DNA of 63,765 nt, filler included, from Olpidium bornovanus S191 (taxonomy: Eukaryota > Fungi > Olpidiomycota), in assembly GCA_017911155.1 (NCBI GenBank). It is 30 parts of 30 records of this genome, joined end to end, with 100 filler letters (N's around TTAATTAATTAA, not from the genome) between each part and the next. Parts side by side here need not be neighbours in the genome. Positions count along the whole stretch, not along the records: positions 1 to 2,732 come from JAEFCI010000816.1; positions 2,833 to 4,006 come from JAEFCI010000270.1; positions 4,107 to 8,516 come from JAEFCI010000799.1; positions 8,617 to 12,083 come from JAEFCI010000659.1; 26 more parts are not named here. One strand, written 5' to 3'. Each line of letters begins with the position of its first letter. Position 1 is the first letter of the stretch. The position numbers and the translations under genes are program-made. Below, one piece after another: positions 1 to 12,083 of the stretch. The notes under the pieces were generated by a model, which saw only the letters and a list, made by a program, of their open reading frames with translations, was not told where the DNA came from and ran no database searches.

Positions 1-295
1 CAGCATCTTTGCGAGACGACTGCGAGGGTCTGGTCCATTCCCAAAATCCAGCCGTTGTCATCTGGATTTCAACTTTCATTTTTAACTCCTGATCCCGTTG
101 AGTAAACTCGTCGATGCATGCGCCATCTGCGCCATACTTTGCCGCTGCCTTTCCCCCACCCCTTATGACCGTGCTCTCGAAGCGCATCCGCCTCCTCGAA
201 CGCGCGTCTGTCTCGAAACGATGACGACAGTCTCCGATATGTGTATACCGTGGCGCCGCAGCGTCGGGGCCTTCCCGTTCCCCAAACCCTTCCAT
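1..295 (-). CDS. Hypothetical protein fragment running off the window edge
   Basis: Stop-free minus frame MEGFGEREGPDAAAPRYTHIG...RDQELKMKVEIQMTTAGFWEWTRP. No family recognised. Confidence 0.2.
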   Translation of the reverse strand, partial: MEGFGEREGPDAAAPRYTHIGDCRHRFETDARSRRRMRFESTVIRGGGKAAAKYGADGACIDEFTQRDQELKMKVEIQMTTAGFWEWTRPSQSSRKDA

Positions 296-2113
296 CAGTG
301 TACTCCTTTTTGCACCTTCCCCGGCCCTTTTCCCCCTGCTCTCCCCCCATGCGTCGTGGGCATTTTTTTTTTCTTTGCGGACGGGGGGGTCGCGGCCACG
401 CAGTGCGGGGGACGAGCCCACGTGGGTTTTGAATCACGTAATTTAATGCGCCGGTCATGTTTCATCGTATTTGCGACCTATCGGGTCCCGAGGTTGGGTA
501 GTAAATCGTTTACGGTTGCTGCGTAGACCCGAAACTTGCCCCGCGGAATCGCATGCGCATTTTTTTTTTTTTTTTTGGATTGCGAACCTGACGCCCGCCC
601 GCGTGGTGCCGGATTTTGATGACAACGCGGCCGCTGGCGGTGGTGGCTTTCGTTTACCTATTCTCTGCGGCACAGTGACCCCTGCTCCTTCGGAGGCGAT
701 GCCAGGAATAACCTTACTCGTTCCGATCTGCGCTCCCCTTGGATGGCCCCGGAATCGGGACGCCGGGCTTATGGGATTGTGCCACGGTTTGGTTCAGGTA
801 AGAGCGTAGGGGTGGCCCCTGGTCGCAATCTCTGGCAAAGCTCACCCAGGGCGTAGTGATCGCCGGAACCAGGGTTGACCACGGCACCGTAATCTTTTGA
901 AAAAAAAATTTTCGTTTTCTTCCGCGGAGAATACCACGGTGTAACCTTGGCACTTTAGGGGACGGTGCTTTAGGTGACGGCGGGCTGCACGTGGGACTTC
1001 ACCTCTCTTGTCTTCCCCTGCTCTCTACTTCTTCAGCGAACCGCCAAAAGGGACTGGTGTTGAGGGATATAACTGGAGGGACAAAACGAGAATGGACGCA
1101 GAGGAAAACGAACCTGCCGGCGGTCACACTGGAAAAGTTTGAAAATTGTATCCAGAAAACTGATGGGATACACAGTGCCAAGCGTAATAACCGACGTCTT
1201 TATTGCCCTACGCGCTCGGCTTGCCCTTCCTTTCGTTCTCAATTTTCCAGCAACACGTGGGGGAAAGCAGCAAGTCGAGAACGAAAGCGAAGGGGTGCGC
1301 AGCAAACAAATTACAGTGTATTATAACCTCAGGGTGTCGGCCAGCTGCCTTCCCGCCCGTCGTCATCGGAACACACCACAACGTGTCGAAGAATTCTGCG
1401 AGGCACACCAAGAAATCTAATTCACCAGCGCGGTGAAACACGTAACCGGCGGGAAGCGCCTACAACGGTGACTAGCCCAAAATGCCGCAGGCGTTATTAG
1501 CACCGTTGTTGTTAACTGCTTCCTCCGGCTGGGCCGAAGTGGGGAAAAGGGAGGGCAAGCGTGCACGGGGAAAAAGCATGAAGGCAGAGGTAGGGAGGGG
1601 GGTGGAGATACGCGAGTCAGTAGAGAAACTGGGGGCGTGCGTGGAAAAAAAAGAATGCTAAACCGACCTGTGCTTGCTAGGCCCAAACACAAATGCGTTC
1701 GCCCTCCTTGACACGTGTGCCGAGGACGAATACAATAAATAGCCTTTGCAGGACAGGCAGTTTCAACGGCATGAAGGGACAAACGGGGGGGGGGGGACCG
1801 GAAGGGAGATATCAACACGACTAAAGCAAGAGTAACGCACAGGGCTGCTAATGAGGGGATGAAGGATTGATACGGTCAAAAAGGCTAAAGGAAAGGAAAG
1901 GTGCCAATACGAATTAAACCAGCAAACGAGTTATATACGCCTTGGTGGGTATCGGGGAAAAAAACCGCTGATCGTGACCGCTGCGAATCGGAGAGTTTGC
2001 CGTTGATACCAGAAGGGGAGAGTGGGGGGGAGGGGGGGATGGAGTGGGGGGAAAAGCAGGAAGACACAGCGAGAGCTTTGTGCAACCTCCGTTTTCCGCA
2101 AACTGCCGGATCC

Positions 2114-2732
2114 TCACGACGCGGAGCATTCGTTTACGTGCCCGCGTTGCCAATGTAATATCTGCGAGCAGGGATCAGTGGGACGCCAGGTGGCAGAAAC
2201 ACCGTCAAACGGCGAAGGCGAGATAAAAGGGTACACCTCCGCGGAGGAAAATGCGACCCAACAAAAGATCGAACGAACGAAAGAATAAGGTTGCCCATCC
2301 GAGCACAATCAGACGTACCTGGCAAGCTCCGTTGCAATACCGCACCATCTTGCACCGCGCGCATGTCAAAGTTTTCCCCACCACCCCGCACGCGGCGCAT
2401 GTGCGCGTGATAGAGAGCTCAGGCTCGTTGCCCTCGATGTTGCGCAGGAGCTCAGGCGGCACCAGGTCCCACGGCTTTTTTTGGTTGCGGTTGGAAAGTG
2501 GGGAGGGTGCGCGCGTGTGTGGTTGGGTGTGGTTGGGTGTGCGTGTGAGTGTGTCCGTGTGAGCGTGTGTGGAAACAATTTGCGGCGCCGTCAGCCGAAT
2601 TGTCAGCGACCGGGTTAGTAGCTCCAGCGCTTCGCCGGCCCTCTCCGATAAACGAAACGCAATCTCGGCAAAAACGCGGGAAACGTCATCGAAGACTACT
2701 TACCATTGTGCGAACGACACCGCTGAAACATG
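2114..2732 (-). CDS. C-terminal MYND zinc-finger protein, 3' fragment
   Basis: CAACGVVGKTLTCARCKMVRYCNGACQ joins ILHWQRGHVNECSAS* across a GT-AG intron (2318-2162), restoring the full MYND C/H pattern. Stop at 2114-2116. Confidence 0.85.
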
Positions 2733-2832
2733 NNNNNNNNNNNNNNNNNNNNNNNNNNNNNNNNNNNNNNNNNNNNTTAATTAATTAANNNNNNNNNNNN
2801 NNNNNNNNNNNNNNNNNNNNNNNNNNNNNNNN
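2733..2832. other. Artificial contig spacer (44 N + TTAATTAATTAA + 44 N), first of 29
   Basis: Identical 100-bp blocks with stop codons in all six frames start at 2733, 4007, 8517, 12084, 13789, 15083, 16629, 17953, 20846, 24357, 27374, 29011, 30783, 32636, 33904, 35575, 40067, 41976, 43109, 45623, 47834, 49020, 50569, 51979, 53395, 55272, 58457, 61002 and 62602. Confidence 0.98.
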
Positions 2833-2851
2833 AAGTTGGCGAACAGCGAAC

Positions 2852-3286
2852 CTCGGCGTTGCTCTCGGCGTTCTTCAAAAGGCCGACAAGGAACTCGGCG
2901 CTCTTGACGGGCCAGCGGCCACGGGTTGTCTTGAAAGCCTTCGCCTGGGCGGTGCGGCCCACGCCTCCGGCAAAGCGGCGGAAGGGCACGCACTGCTTGT
3001 GTTCCTTAACGTCGGCCAGGTACGAAAGTGCCTTGCTGAGCTTCATTCCGCTGATGGCGGCAGCGACCTCCCGGGTGTTCTTGAAGTGGACGCGCAGGTG
3101 CGAGCCCCTGGCCTTGGCGACTGCAAAAAAAAGCGGGGCGAAGGATAACTGTTAGCAGAACGCCCCTTTCGTCCCTCAGCGGCGGCCGGGGCGCGCCAAA
3201 CAGACCACGGGCGAGTGGCGTTCGCGGGAAAGCGAGGTGGGCGTACCCTTCTCGGTCTTTGAGACCGTGGCGGAGTAACGGGTCAT
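2852..3286 (-). CDS. RPL17: 60S ribosomal protein L17 (uL22), 5' part
   Basis: Exon 3286-3247 ([13 protein letters not shown]) plus exon 3120-2852 ([27 protein letters not shown]...[19 protein letters not shown]...[23 protein letters not shown]), with canonical splice sites. Confidence 0.97.
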
Positions 3287-4410
3287 TCCGGTTGCAAATT
3301 CCCTGGAACGGCGATGGGAGAACGCACTGACGACGCCGTCGACCGACCGCGTTAGAAAGCGCCGCCTGTCAAGTAGAACTGGCCCAAGCCGGGGCGCGCG
3401 CCGATCAACGTGGCGCTTTTCCGCCGGTACGGCCCACTCCGTCGCGCCGGAGGGCAGCACGGTTGGCCCGCCGCTCGGCCGTCCGGTGAACATCGCGCGC
3501 GCGTCCCCTTGACAGTTGAGACAAACAACCTCGCACGTCCCCTTGACCCTTGCGGCAAACCTGGCGGAACGCGGGCCGGGCTAAAACCTTTCATGGACGT
3601 TCCTCCACCGGCGGCAACATCCCGCGACGGCTCTCGCTCCAACCTCCTTCGCCCGGGGGCCCCCCACCCCGTCTCACGCCCCGTGCGGAGAGGGGGCGTC
3701 CCGCCGGGCGGAGAATCCTCCTCCGCCTCCGCGGCGCGGGCGGGGGCGGCGAGGGGGGCGCAGCTGTTCGGTTCCGGGGTTCCTCCGCCGGGTATGCCGG
3801 CCGGGACACGACGCGCCGCGGCGGGCACCGGCGAGGAAGCGCTGCTTCTTCGGGGGGAGGAAGCGGGGGGGGGGGGGGGGGGGGGGTGGGCGGGGGGGGA
3901 GGGGGGGGGGGGGGGGGGGGAGGAGCAGTATGAAAAGGCACGTGGGGAAATAGCGAGTACAAAACACGGGGCTTGCACTAACTCGCAGAATGCAAAAAAA
4001 AACAAANNNNNNNNNNNNNNNNNNNNNNNNNNNNNNNNNNNNNNNNNNNNTTAATTAATTAANNNNNNNNNNNNNNNNNNNNNNNNNNNNNNNNNNNNNN
4101 NNNNNNCCGACCCGACGACAACCTTTGTGCGAGTCCGTGCACATTGCTAGGGCCTCCGGCGGGGACGCATTTTACTTTGCACGGCGTAATTGGTTTGTTT
4201 TATTGCCCCCTTCCTTCTTCCTCCATGCGCGCATTATCACCACCACATCCCATCCATCCGTCCCCTGCGTGCGGCGCTCCGTCTGTGACTCTCTTTCATT
4301 CTATCTTTTCCTTCTTCTCCTCCTCTTTGCGCTCTTTGTCACCAGGTCTCTTGCACGCCGCAGGCGACCCCTCTTGCCTGCGCGCTCCGGCACGCTTGAG
4401 ATAGCGAGAG

Positions 4411-4471
<61 letters not shown>

Positions 4472-4651
4472 GGTTTTGGGCGCGGGGCGATGGGGGTTTG
4501 GGGCCAAAAAAAAAAAAAAAAAAAAAAAATAACCGCCTTCCGCCACCACCACCCTTCCCCCCTAACTCCCTCCTTCCCCGAGAAATCACCGGCCCATCGA
4601 AACGAAAGTGAGAGAGAGAGAGAGGAAAAGACCCGAGGGGAACGACGGAGG

Positions 4652-6852
4652 ATGTTGACGTGTCGCTGCCTGAACATCAAGATCCACACCCACCGCCCCA
4701 CGCGCGACGGCGCGACTGGCGGTGGTGCCGCCGGCGGAGGGCAGGCTGTCTCCGGCTCCGACGAGGAGGACCCTTCGTCGTGCCGCGGAAGCCGCGCCCC
4801 GGTGCGGCTTGGCGTTGGAGGCCTTACCGTGGTGCGTCCGTCCGTCGCCGCTGGGCGGACGAGCCGGGTCGAGCGGGGAAGGACGGCCGGGGGGCGGAGA
4901 GGCCGCCTATCTGCGCGTTTTTGCGCGGGCCAGCCTGGCCCTCCCTCTGACTTTCGACCGTGGCCCGTTGCCGTAGGAACAGCCGGCGCTACTGGCGATC
5001 GCGAGAGAGCCGGACCGGGAACCCGCGTCCGTGTCACTGCGCTGTCTCAACTGCTCGTTTGCCGCCTGCTCGTTCGTGGCCCGGCCGGGGATCGGTTTCC
5101 CGGAAACCGCCCGCGATCTGGTCCGGAGGCCGATCCCGACCACGCTGGCCCCCTTAGACGGCCTCGTCCATGTCGCTGAGGGAGCTTTGGTCCGTCGTTT
5201 CACGGGGTCGCGCAGCGATCCTGGTTTGTCTGCCGAGCTAAGCCGCGAAACGTGGTCTTGAAATCCCGCGCCGCCACCCGTGTTGCCCCTTAGACAGCCG
5301 AGGAAGTGGAACTTGCCAAAACGTTACGAGATTACTCGCCGGCTTTCCGCTTGGTGCTCAAAGGCAGCTCTTTGGCGGCTGAGACGGAAGACGATTCCAC
5401 CCCAAAAGGCGCGTGCCCGCGCCGGCCTGCCTAATCCCGACTTGAGAGCCGATCGCCTTTTCGCGGAATATCTTTCTAAGCGCGGGAGATAATGCGCTGT
5501 TTCCCGTGCCGGTGGCGCGAACTACAACGGGCTATGCTGACGCTCTGCTTCGTCGTTTTTTTTTTTCCAGCGCTGCGACCGGAATATGCTGAAGCGCGTC
5601 GATCAATATCATCCGCGCTGTCTAAGTTCCTCGTTAGCGACGCGCGGACGACCGAGGAGGACATTGCTCGGTACAGGGAGAAGATGCTGGCAGACCTACA
5701 GCAAAGACAGCGGGTGGCTGCCCGTCAACAACACTTCTTGTGGAAAACAATCTGTGATGCTCACGCCGGCGACGTGTACGAGCGTTCGAATGCGAAGGAA
5801 AGCTCTCGCGCGGAGGCGACCGCGGAAAAAGGCGAGGCGGCAAGCTCCGCAAGCGGCGCAGCCAAGCCACCGGCCCAGCGACTTTATGCGGTAGACAACG
5901 ATGCAACAACCCCTCCTCCCGCCATGCCGGATGCCGAGCTCGCAAGCCACCCTGCGGCTTCAACGGCTATTTGGTGGGACGTACGGGATAAACGCCTGTC
6001 ACGCGGCCTCCCCGGTGAGCATAATTTCCTGCACTTCGCCGTTAAAGTCTGCTCTCCGTGACGCGAGGTCTTACGACCGGTACACTTGTTTTCCATCATC
6101 GCCCGTGATTCGCAACCCTGCGAACCAAAAACCAGAGGAGCCTGAACTGGCGCTCGGAACCGGCTCAGGTACGTTACAGCGGCACCGACCGCTTGAGATC
6201 AAAATTCCTTTCTGTGGCAATTTTAACGTGTGTGTGCTCAGACCCTGTCCAGCTAGACGTTCAACACGACAAAGAGAACGGTCACGTTGCAAGGGCGGGC
6301 GAGGGAGAAGGAGAAAGAAATTTCGACGACGACAACGATTCGGCGGGGCCAGAAACCAGCGATTTGGAAGGCGAGTCGGATTCGGATGACGTTCCCGGAC
6401 AATCGGCAGGGAGCGGGGAAACAGGTCCGCGGCACGAGTTCGCACGGTACGGCAGGTCCGCGCCGATCAACATCGTATTCCCGCGACAGAAGCCGGGCGA
6501 CACGCGTTCGTCGATCGCCAGTTCGGCCCGGATTCAGATGTCGTTCAGGAAGCAGTCGGCGCGCTCCGGGCCGGCTTTCGGGCGGCACCGGCTCTCCGAT
6601 TCGCCGGCGGGCCGCCGCCGACGCGAGTCCGGAGAAGGCCGCGGGAGCTCGCCGCCGCTTCCCGCCGCGGATTTCGAGGCTGTCAGCTCGGGCCCGCCGC
6701 CGTACCGTCCGGGAGACCGCCCGCGAAGCCGGCCGGCGGCGGCGGCGTCTCCGTTCGTTGCGCCGCACATTCTGGCCGAGCAGGAAGAGGAGGAAATGAA
6801 GCATTCGTTATTCCTCGGGTCCGTGCCGAGGAACCCGAGATCACACTACTGA
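4652..6852 (+). CDS. Multi-exon protein: N-terminal CxC motif, central helical segment, PRAS40/AKT1S1-like C-terminal motifs
   Basis: Starts MLTCRCLNIKIH. Middle exon EYAEARRSISSALSKFL...EEDIARYREKMLADLQQRQ. Last exon has YGRSAPINIV, SIASSAR, FVAPHILAE and LFLGSVPRNPRSHY*. The gene is plausible; the family assignment is inference. Confidence 0.6.
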
Positions 6853-7559
6853 TGATCGACCCCGCCCACGCACTTCCCACCTCCCACGAGTTGTATTCCG
6901 TAGCGCATCCCCGCACGCGAAGTCATCATCTACTGTTTGGTTTGAGTCCCCCTTCCCCTTATCCCCCTCCTCCCCCCCAGATCATGGCAATGCTGGGGTG
7001 AGGGGACGTTACGATGTTAAAGAGCGGAAATCGGTCTGGCAGCGGCCCAACCCCTACATCAGCGGCGTCATGCGTGAAAGTCTGCCAACCACGATGCAAA
7101 CTGTCGCATCAATGTATTATGCGCTCCAAGTAAAAAGAAAAAAAATAAACGTTGCCTTGCTTTGTGATTGTTTTTTTCGTTTTTGAATTACAGGCCTTTC
7201 CCCCCCCCCCCCCCCCTTTGTTGAATTTTTGGAGAATTCGCAGGAGAACCCAGGACGAGCCCGTGAGGGAGAGGACAGAAAGAAGACTGTACTCAGGGCA
7301 TCATGTCGCTATCTCGTTTAGGCCTCTTTTATAGGGTGGGGAGCTAGGATTCATGAACAGGCGTAACAGAGGTTGGTGCTCGCAGTGCATCCGCCACTCT
7401 GCCTTCCCCTTTATTTTACCCCATAATTTCTAAACCCCCGCCTCCCTGAGTGCACCATGCCCATAATCACCCTTATTCTACGTATTCTACGGTTATCTTC
7501 CTTTCGATTTTTTCCTTCCGGTCGGTTTTACGTGTGGCTCTCGCGCTCGCACATGCCGC

Positions 7560-8000
7560 GCTTCTCTCGGAATCCCTCAAACTTGATGCGGTTCGGCGAG
7601 TTGGTGCAGATGTCCGCGACGTTTTTCTGCTGAGCTGACCCGCTCGATGGTGATGACCTTGTCGGTATTGCACCTTTGCAGGTGGTGGTATCGGATGCCT
7701 TTGTGCTTTCATCGCCTTGACGTTTTGGCATCTCGCCGTGAGCTCGGCTGTTTCAGAATTGTCAATATAGAGCAGAGTTGGCTCCTTGGCGATGCACGTC
7801 ATCTATGCTCTTGAATATCAATCTCAACCATGCAACTTCTTGTGCTGCCGCGGATCCGGCGACGAATCCATGATGACGTGGCAACGCATTTTTGGCAAGC
7901 CCACCTCCATGAGATCGGTCCTCCTTGGTACATTGCCACCCATCTCGTCGTCGACGCTCGGGTTTCTCGACAGCCGGCCCAGTCAGAATCCGTAAACATG
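7560..8000 (-). mobile_element. Degenerate Ty1/copia retrotransposon RNase H remnant
   Basis: Frameshifted pieces FTDSDWAGCRETRASTT...GGPISW...QKCVATSS, PTLLYIDNS and ADICTNSPNRIKFEGFR match the copia RT/RNase H C-terminal motifs. Confidence 0.85.
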
Positions 8001-8084
8001 ACGAGGACTGTTACATTTCTTCCAGTCGTTTATGGCACGTTGCGAGAGGTTTTCTCGAGAAACGCACCTCCCACGGGTCAAAGC

Positions 8085-8270
8085 TAGTGATGGGTCCGAG
8101 TTGCCCCAACTGGAGTCCACTCCTTCAACTTGACGGTTCAGACCATGCTCGAGCTGGGATTTTCAACTCGATGGCCGAAGTGAACTCGACTCGAAGCAAC
8201 TTGGGCACCACCTTGTGCCCAACTCGGCTGACTCGAGCACAACTCAGCCTAACCCGCTAAAATCAACTCA
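8085..8270 (+). mobile_element. Possible end of a hAT-like DNA transposon or MITE
   Basis: TAGTGATGGG at 8085 followed by clustered AACTCG/ACTCG subterminal-like repeats. No partner inverted repeat in the contig. Confidence 0.35.
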
Positions 8271-9626
8271 AAAACAAACGCCACTGCTCGCCCCCCCCCC
8301 ATCTTTTTTTTTTCCAAACGCTGCTATCTTTCCAAACGTCGCTTCTTTTCCAAATGCCGTTCGCTTTTTTAAACGCTGTTTGTACAGCTGCATTACATGG
8401 CAGACGTGGCGTCCGTTTCAGGAGCCTCTGTCGCCTCAGTTTGAATGTTGAAGACGTTGCTACTGCCACCAAGGGAACCAAAAGACAGTCCACGATCTGG
8501 TGTTTTTTCGAAGAGCNNNNNNNNNNNNNNNNNNNNNNNNNNNNNNNNNNNNNNNNNNNNTTAATTAATTAANNNNNNNNNNNNNNNNNNNNNNNNNNNN
8601 NNNNNNNNNNNNNNNNGACATCTAACGCCGCTCCTGATCCACCGGCGATGGTTCCTGTTATCCCTGCGTACCTCTGTTCCAGCGCAGCTGTGGATTTAAC
8701 AGCGGTGATGAGTCTCAGGGAGCGCGGGTTTGCCATGAGTGCACTGACCATTCTCCCTCGAGTTCCCACCATGGCCAGGCTGGTACTAGCTGCACGCGCT
8801 CCGAGTGCCACCAGAGGGCAAGCAAATGCCAGTGCACTGACGACTGCGCCAACAATCGGCACGGCCACTTGCGCGTCGCGGAATCCAGTCTCGACTGTAG
8901 TCACTTTCACCTGGATTCCGAACCAGACGTTCCCGATTCCACTGCGTGTCATGCAATCTCCCGGTCTCGGCCAATTCTCGTAGTATATCGGGCCAAAATT
9001 GGGTAGGCGCGACGTGCACGTTCATCGGAGTTCCGTTGCAGACTTGCAGTCCACAACCGGCTATGCCGGTCGCTACTCCACGCTTATCGAAGTGTGCTGC
9101 GTTTGTGATGGCCAATCCTGCAAGGATCCAAGCGAATCTTATTGCTGCGACACAGGTTAAATACTCCTGCGCGATTGCGCGTTCTGCTTTAATCCATTCG
9201 CTCTCGTACCTTGTGCTTCATGTGTTGTGAACGCTCACTTGGTTCCCTCCATTGAGTGTTCATCTCCTGCTTTCACTGTTCTTTCAAGCCAACTGTTTCG
9301 CCTCATGCAGAAGTACCAGAGCATGAACTGGCCGAACAGACAGACGCTCAGAGCGATGATTGCTATTCCAGCAATTCCGACCCAGGAGCCATTCGCGTAC
9401 GGGCACAGCAAGTGACAATGATGTTGGACCGCTGTGACAGTATGCCTGCATTCGCACGTGTACAGGCGTATCTCATCTCGCCCAATGAATTGTTCCAGCA
9501 CTGTGCTGTTACTAGCACGATTTTCGCTGGCCACAAGCGAAGGCGTTAATATTGCCGCCCTGCGTATCACAATGTAAGGGCGAACTGGAACATGACCGAG
9601 ATGCGCTCTCAGCTACCAGGGAGAGT

Positions 9627-9806
9627 TTTGTACACACGAGACTCGGGGCAGACGAGCCAGGGGCGTTGAAGAAGTGTCAGTGTGTGGACGACAACGGTGT
9701 GAGCGCCAGAACACGTTTGTACACACGAGACTCGGGGCAGACGAGCCAGCGGCGTTGAAGAAGTGTCAGTGTGTGGACGACGACCGTGTGAGCGCCAGAA
9801 CACGTT
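9627..9806. repeat. Tandem duplication, 89-bp unit, two copies
   Basis: TTTGTACACACGAGACTCGGGGCAGACGAGCCAG...GAGCGCCAGAACACG at 9627 and 9716, near-identical. Confidence 0.95.
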
Positions 9807-10343
9807 GGCCATGCTTGCTGGAAGGCGTCTCTCCGGTCACGCCCTAATACGCTTTTCTCTGCCTTCCTCCCTTTTTGTTCTCCTGCACTCTTTCTGCACG
9901 ATCAGTCACTTTCCGCATAAGGGACAGACACGCCTTCAGAGCCAGGCGACGCGGCGCATGAACACACGAGCGCGCTGAGAAGAGAAGAAAGGGGAGACGC
10001 TCAGGCAAGAGGGTACCAACCACCTCGCAGAAAGAACCTGATACGCCAGTTTGCGTTGGCGGGGATATTTGGCGCGCGCAGCAGCCGACGACGCGGGGCC
10101 TTCGGAGCGCGACGCTCCCCCGTCTGGCTTTCCCCCGCGTCCGTCTCGCGTCAATTCTCTTCCCGCGCTCCCGCCACGCCCCGGGGCTTCCGTCCCTTGC
10201 CCCCTGCCCAGAAAAAGGCAAAAAAAAAGAAAAAAAAAAACAGAAAAAAAAGCTGAACTTCCCGCCAAGCAGCCCGTTTAAGGCCCTGTTCGCGGGGAAG
10301 GCAGCACGAGCCCGCGAAAGGGGAGGGCTCGGAAACACGAAAC

Positions 10344-12083
10344 ATGGAAGGAAGCGGAACGGGCGAACGCCAGGCGGTCACGTTCTACCGTCGCCCGGGT
10401 CTTGGGAAAGACGGGAAGCGCGTCACGGTCAAAACCAACTTCTTCCCGCTGACACGCCTCCCCGCGGGCAATATCCATCATTACGAGTGAGTTCGCTTCC
10501 ACACCCTTTTCGCGGTCCTTTCCCCCCCCCACACACACACCCTTCCCTTTATCCAAAACGCGACTGTCACCTTTGCGTTCGGTTCGGCGGACGCGGTGCC
10601 GTGGTGTGCGGCAGATGCCGTTTCGGCCCTCTTCTCTTCTTTTGCGATTTTGCGTTCGTGTCTGTCTCTACCCCCGTTGCCGAAGCTGCTGCCTTTTTGC
10701 GTAATCGGTTTGCCTCACACTTAATCGCGTGTTTTCTTTCTTATGTTTCCCAGCGTAACAGTAAGTTGGTACCGCGCTCAAACTTGCCGGGGACTTTCGA
10801 AGTCCCGTTCACGCTTGGTTATTCTGGTTGGTGCGAATGGTAACGTTTTGACATTCACCCTGTGTAACATTGCTATTAGATTACGGTGCGTACTGCTATG
10901 TTAGAGCTTGCGGCTGGATTTTGGCTAATTTGTACCACCTAGCCCGAGAAACTACCGGCAGAGTTATACCGGAAGGTGTTCGACGCTTGCCTGCAGTCCA
11001 ACAGGGGAAAGTTCGGCGGGATAGTCCCCGTTTTGTAAGTAAGCTGAGTGCGAATATTGTTGGGGAAGTTTCATTCTTCACCTTATGGTTTAACGACTGG
11101 CGCAACATATTCTTCAGCAATGGACGTGCAAGCGCTTTCGTGCCACGCGAATTGCCGTTCAAAGCTGAGTCGTTCAACGTAATTCCATCGAGATTGCATC
11201 AACTTTGGGAGCGTGACCAGTGCCGTCCAAACGAAACCGATTCACGCATTGCCTATGTCTGCGCCAGATCGTGCTTCCAGAGGACAGCGCGCGGCCAACT
11301 CCCAAGCGTGCTCCGCGGGAGTTCCGCGTGAAAATGCGATGGGTCAGCGAGGTCAACATGGCCGAATTGGGGGACTATCTTCAGGGGAAGGCGCAACTTA
11401 ACAATAACAGTGAGAACATCACCTCGCCGCCGTCGATGTTCGAAGCAGTTATCGCCGTTATGTATTTATTTTATGCTGGAACTTGTTGGTTCTTGTGCAG
11501 TTCTTACGGCGACTATGGCAGTGGACATAGTGCTCCGCAACTGTCCGTTATCCAAGTTCGTGTGTGTCGGTCGGTCGTTTTATTCGCAGACGGAAAGCGC
11601 ATCCCTCGGCGGCGGCGCAGATGTTTGGGGCGGGTAGGTTTTCGCGGTCGCATAAACAAGGGTTTGCATATGTGGATAATTTACAATGTACGATCGTTTT
11701 CACAGGACGTTTCTCTCGGCCCGTCCAGGTGTCGGAAAAATGCTCCTCAACGTTGACACGAGCGCGACTGCATGTGAGGATGAGTTTTGAAGTCTCGGCA
11801 CTTTCAGAAGAAGGCCCCTGACTGACTGTTTGCTTTGTTGTATTCCGTTAGTTTTGAAGGCCGGTCCGCTCATTCAATTCGCAGCGGAAGTTTTGCAGTT
11901 CCGCGGCCCAAACGACCTTAGAAACGGCCTGCACGACCGCCAGCACAAACAACTGGAACGGGCATGCAGGAACATCCGCATCTGCGTGACCCATCGCGGC
12001 GAAAGGCGACCACAGTATAAGATCACCAAGCTGAGCCGCGAGCCGGCATCGCAGCTCACTTTCGAGGACCGTGATGGGAAGAA
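10344..12083 (+). CDS. AGO: Argonaute, 5' part (N domain, L1, start of PAZ)
   Basis: RRPGLGKDGKRVTVKTNFFPLTRLPAGNIHHY; REFRVKMRWVSEVNMAELGDYLQGK; AVDIVLRNCPLSKFVCVGRSFY...LGGGADVWGG; GPLIQFAAEVL...IRICVTHRGERRPQYKITKL. Truncated by the spacer. Confidence 0.95.

Noticed and set aside
950-980. TTTAGGG-like words as telomeric repeats
   Set aside because: Only two imperfect, non-tandem copies.
3352-4589. Long Pro/Gly/Lys/Phe-rich ORFs here and at similar sites (18620-18859, 35623-35898, 48500-49075, 62646-63208)
   Set aside because: They are translations of poly-G/C/A/T tracts and GC-rich non-coding DNA, with no domain signal.
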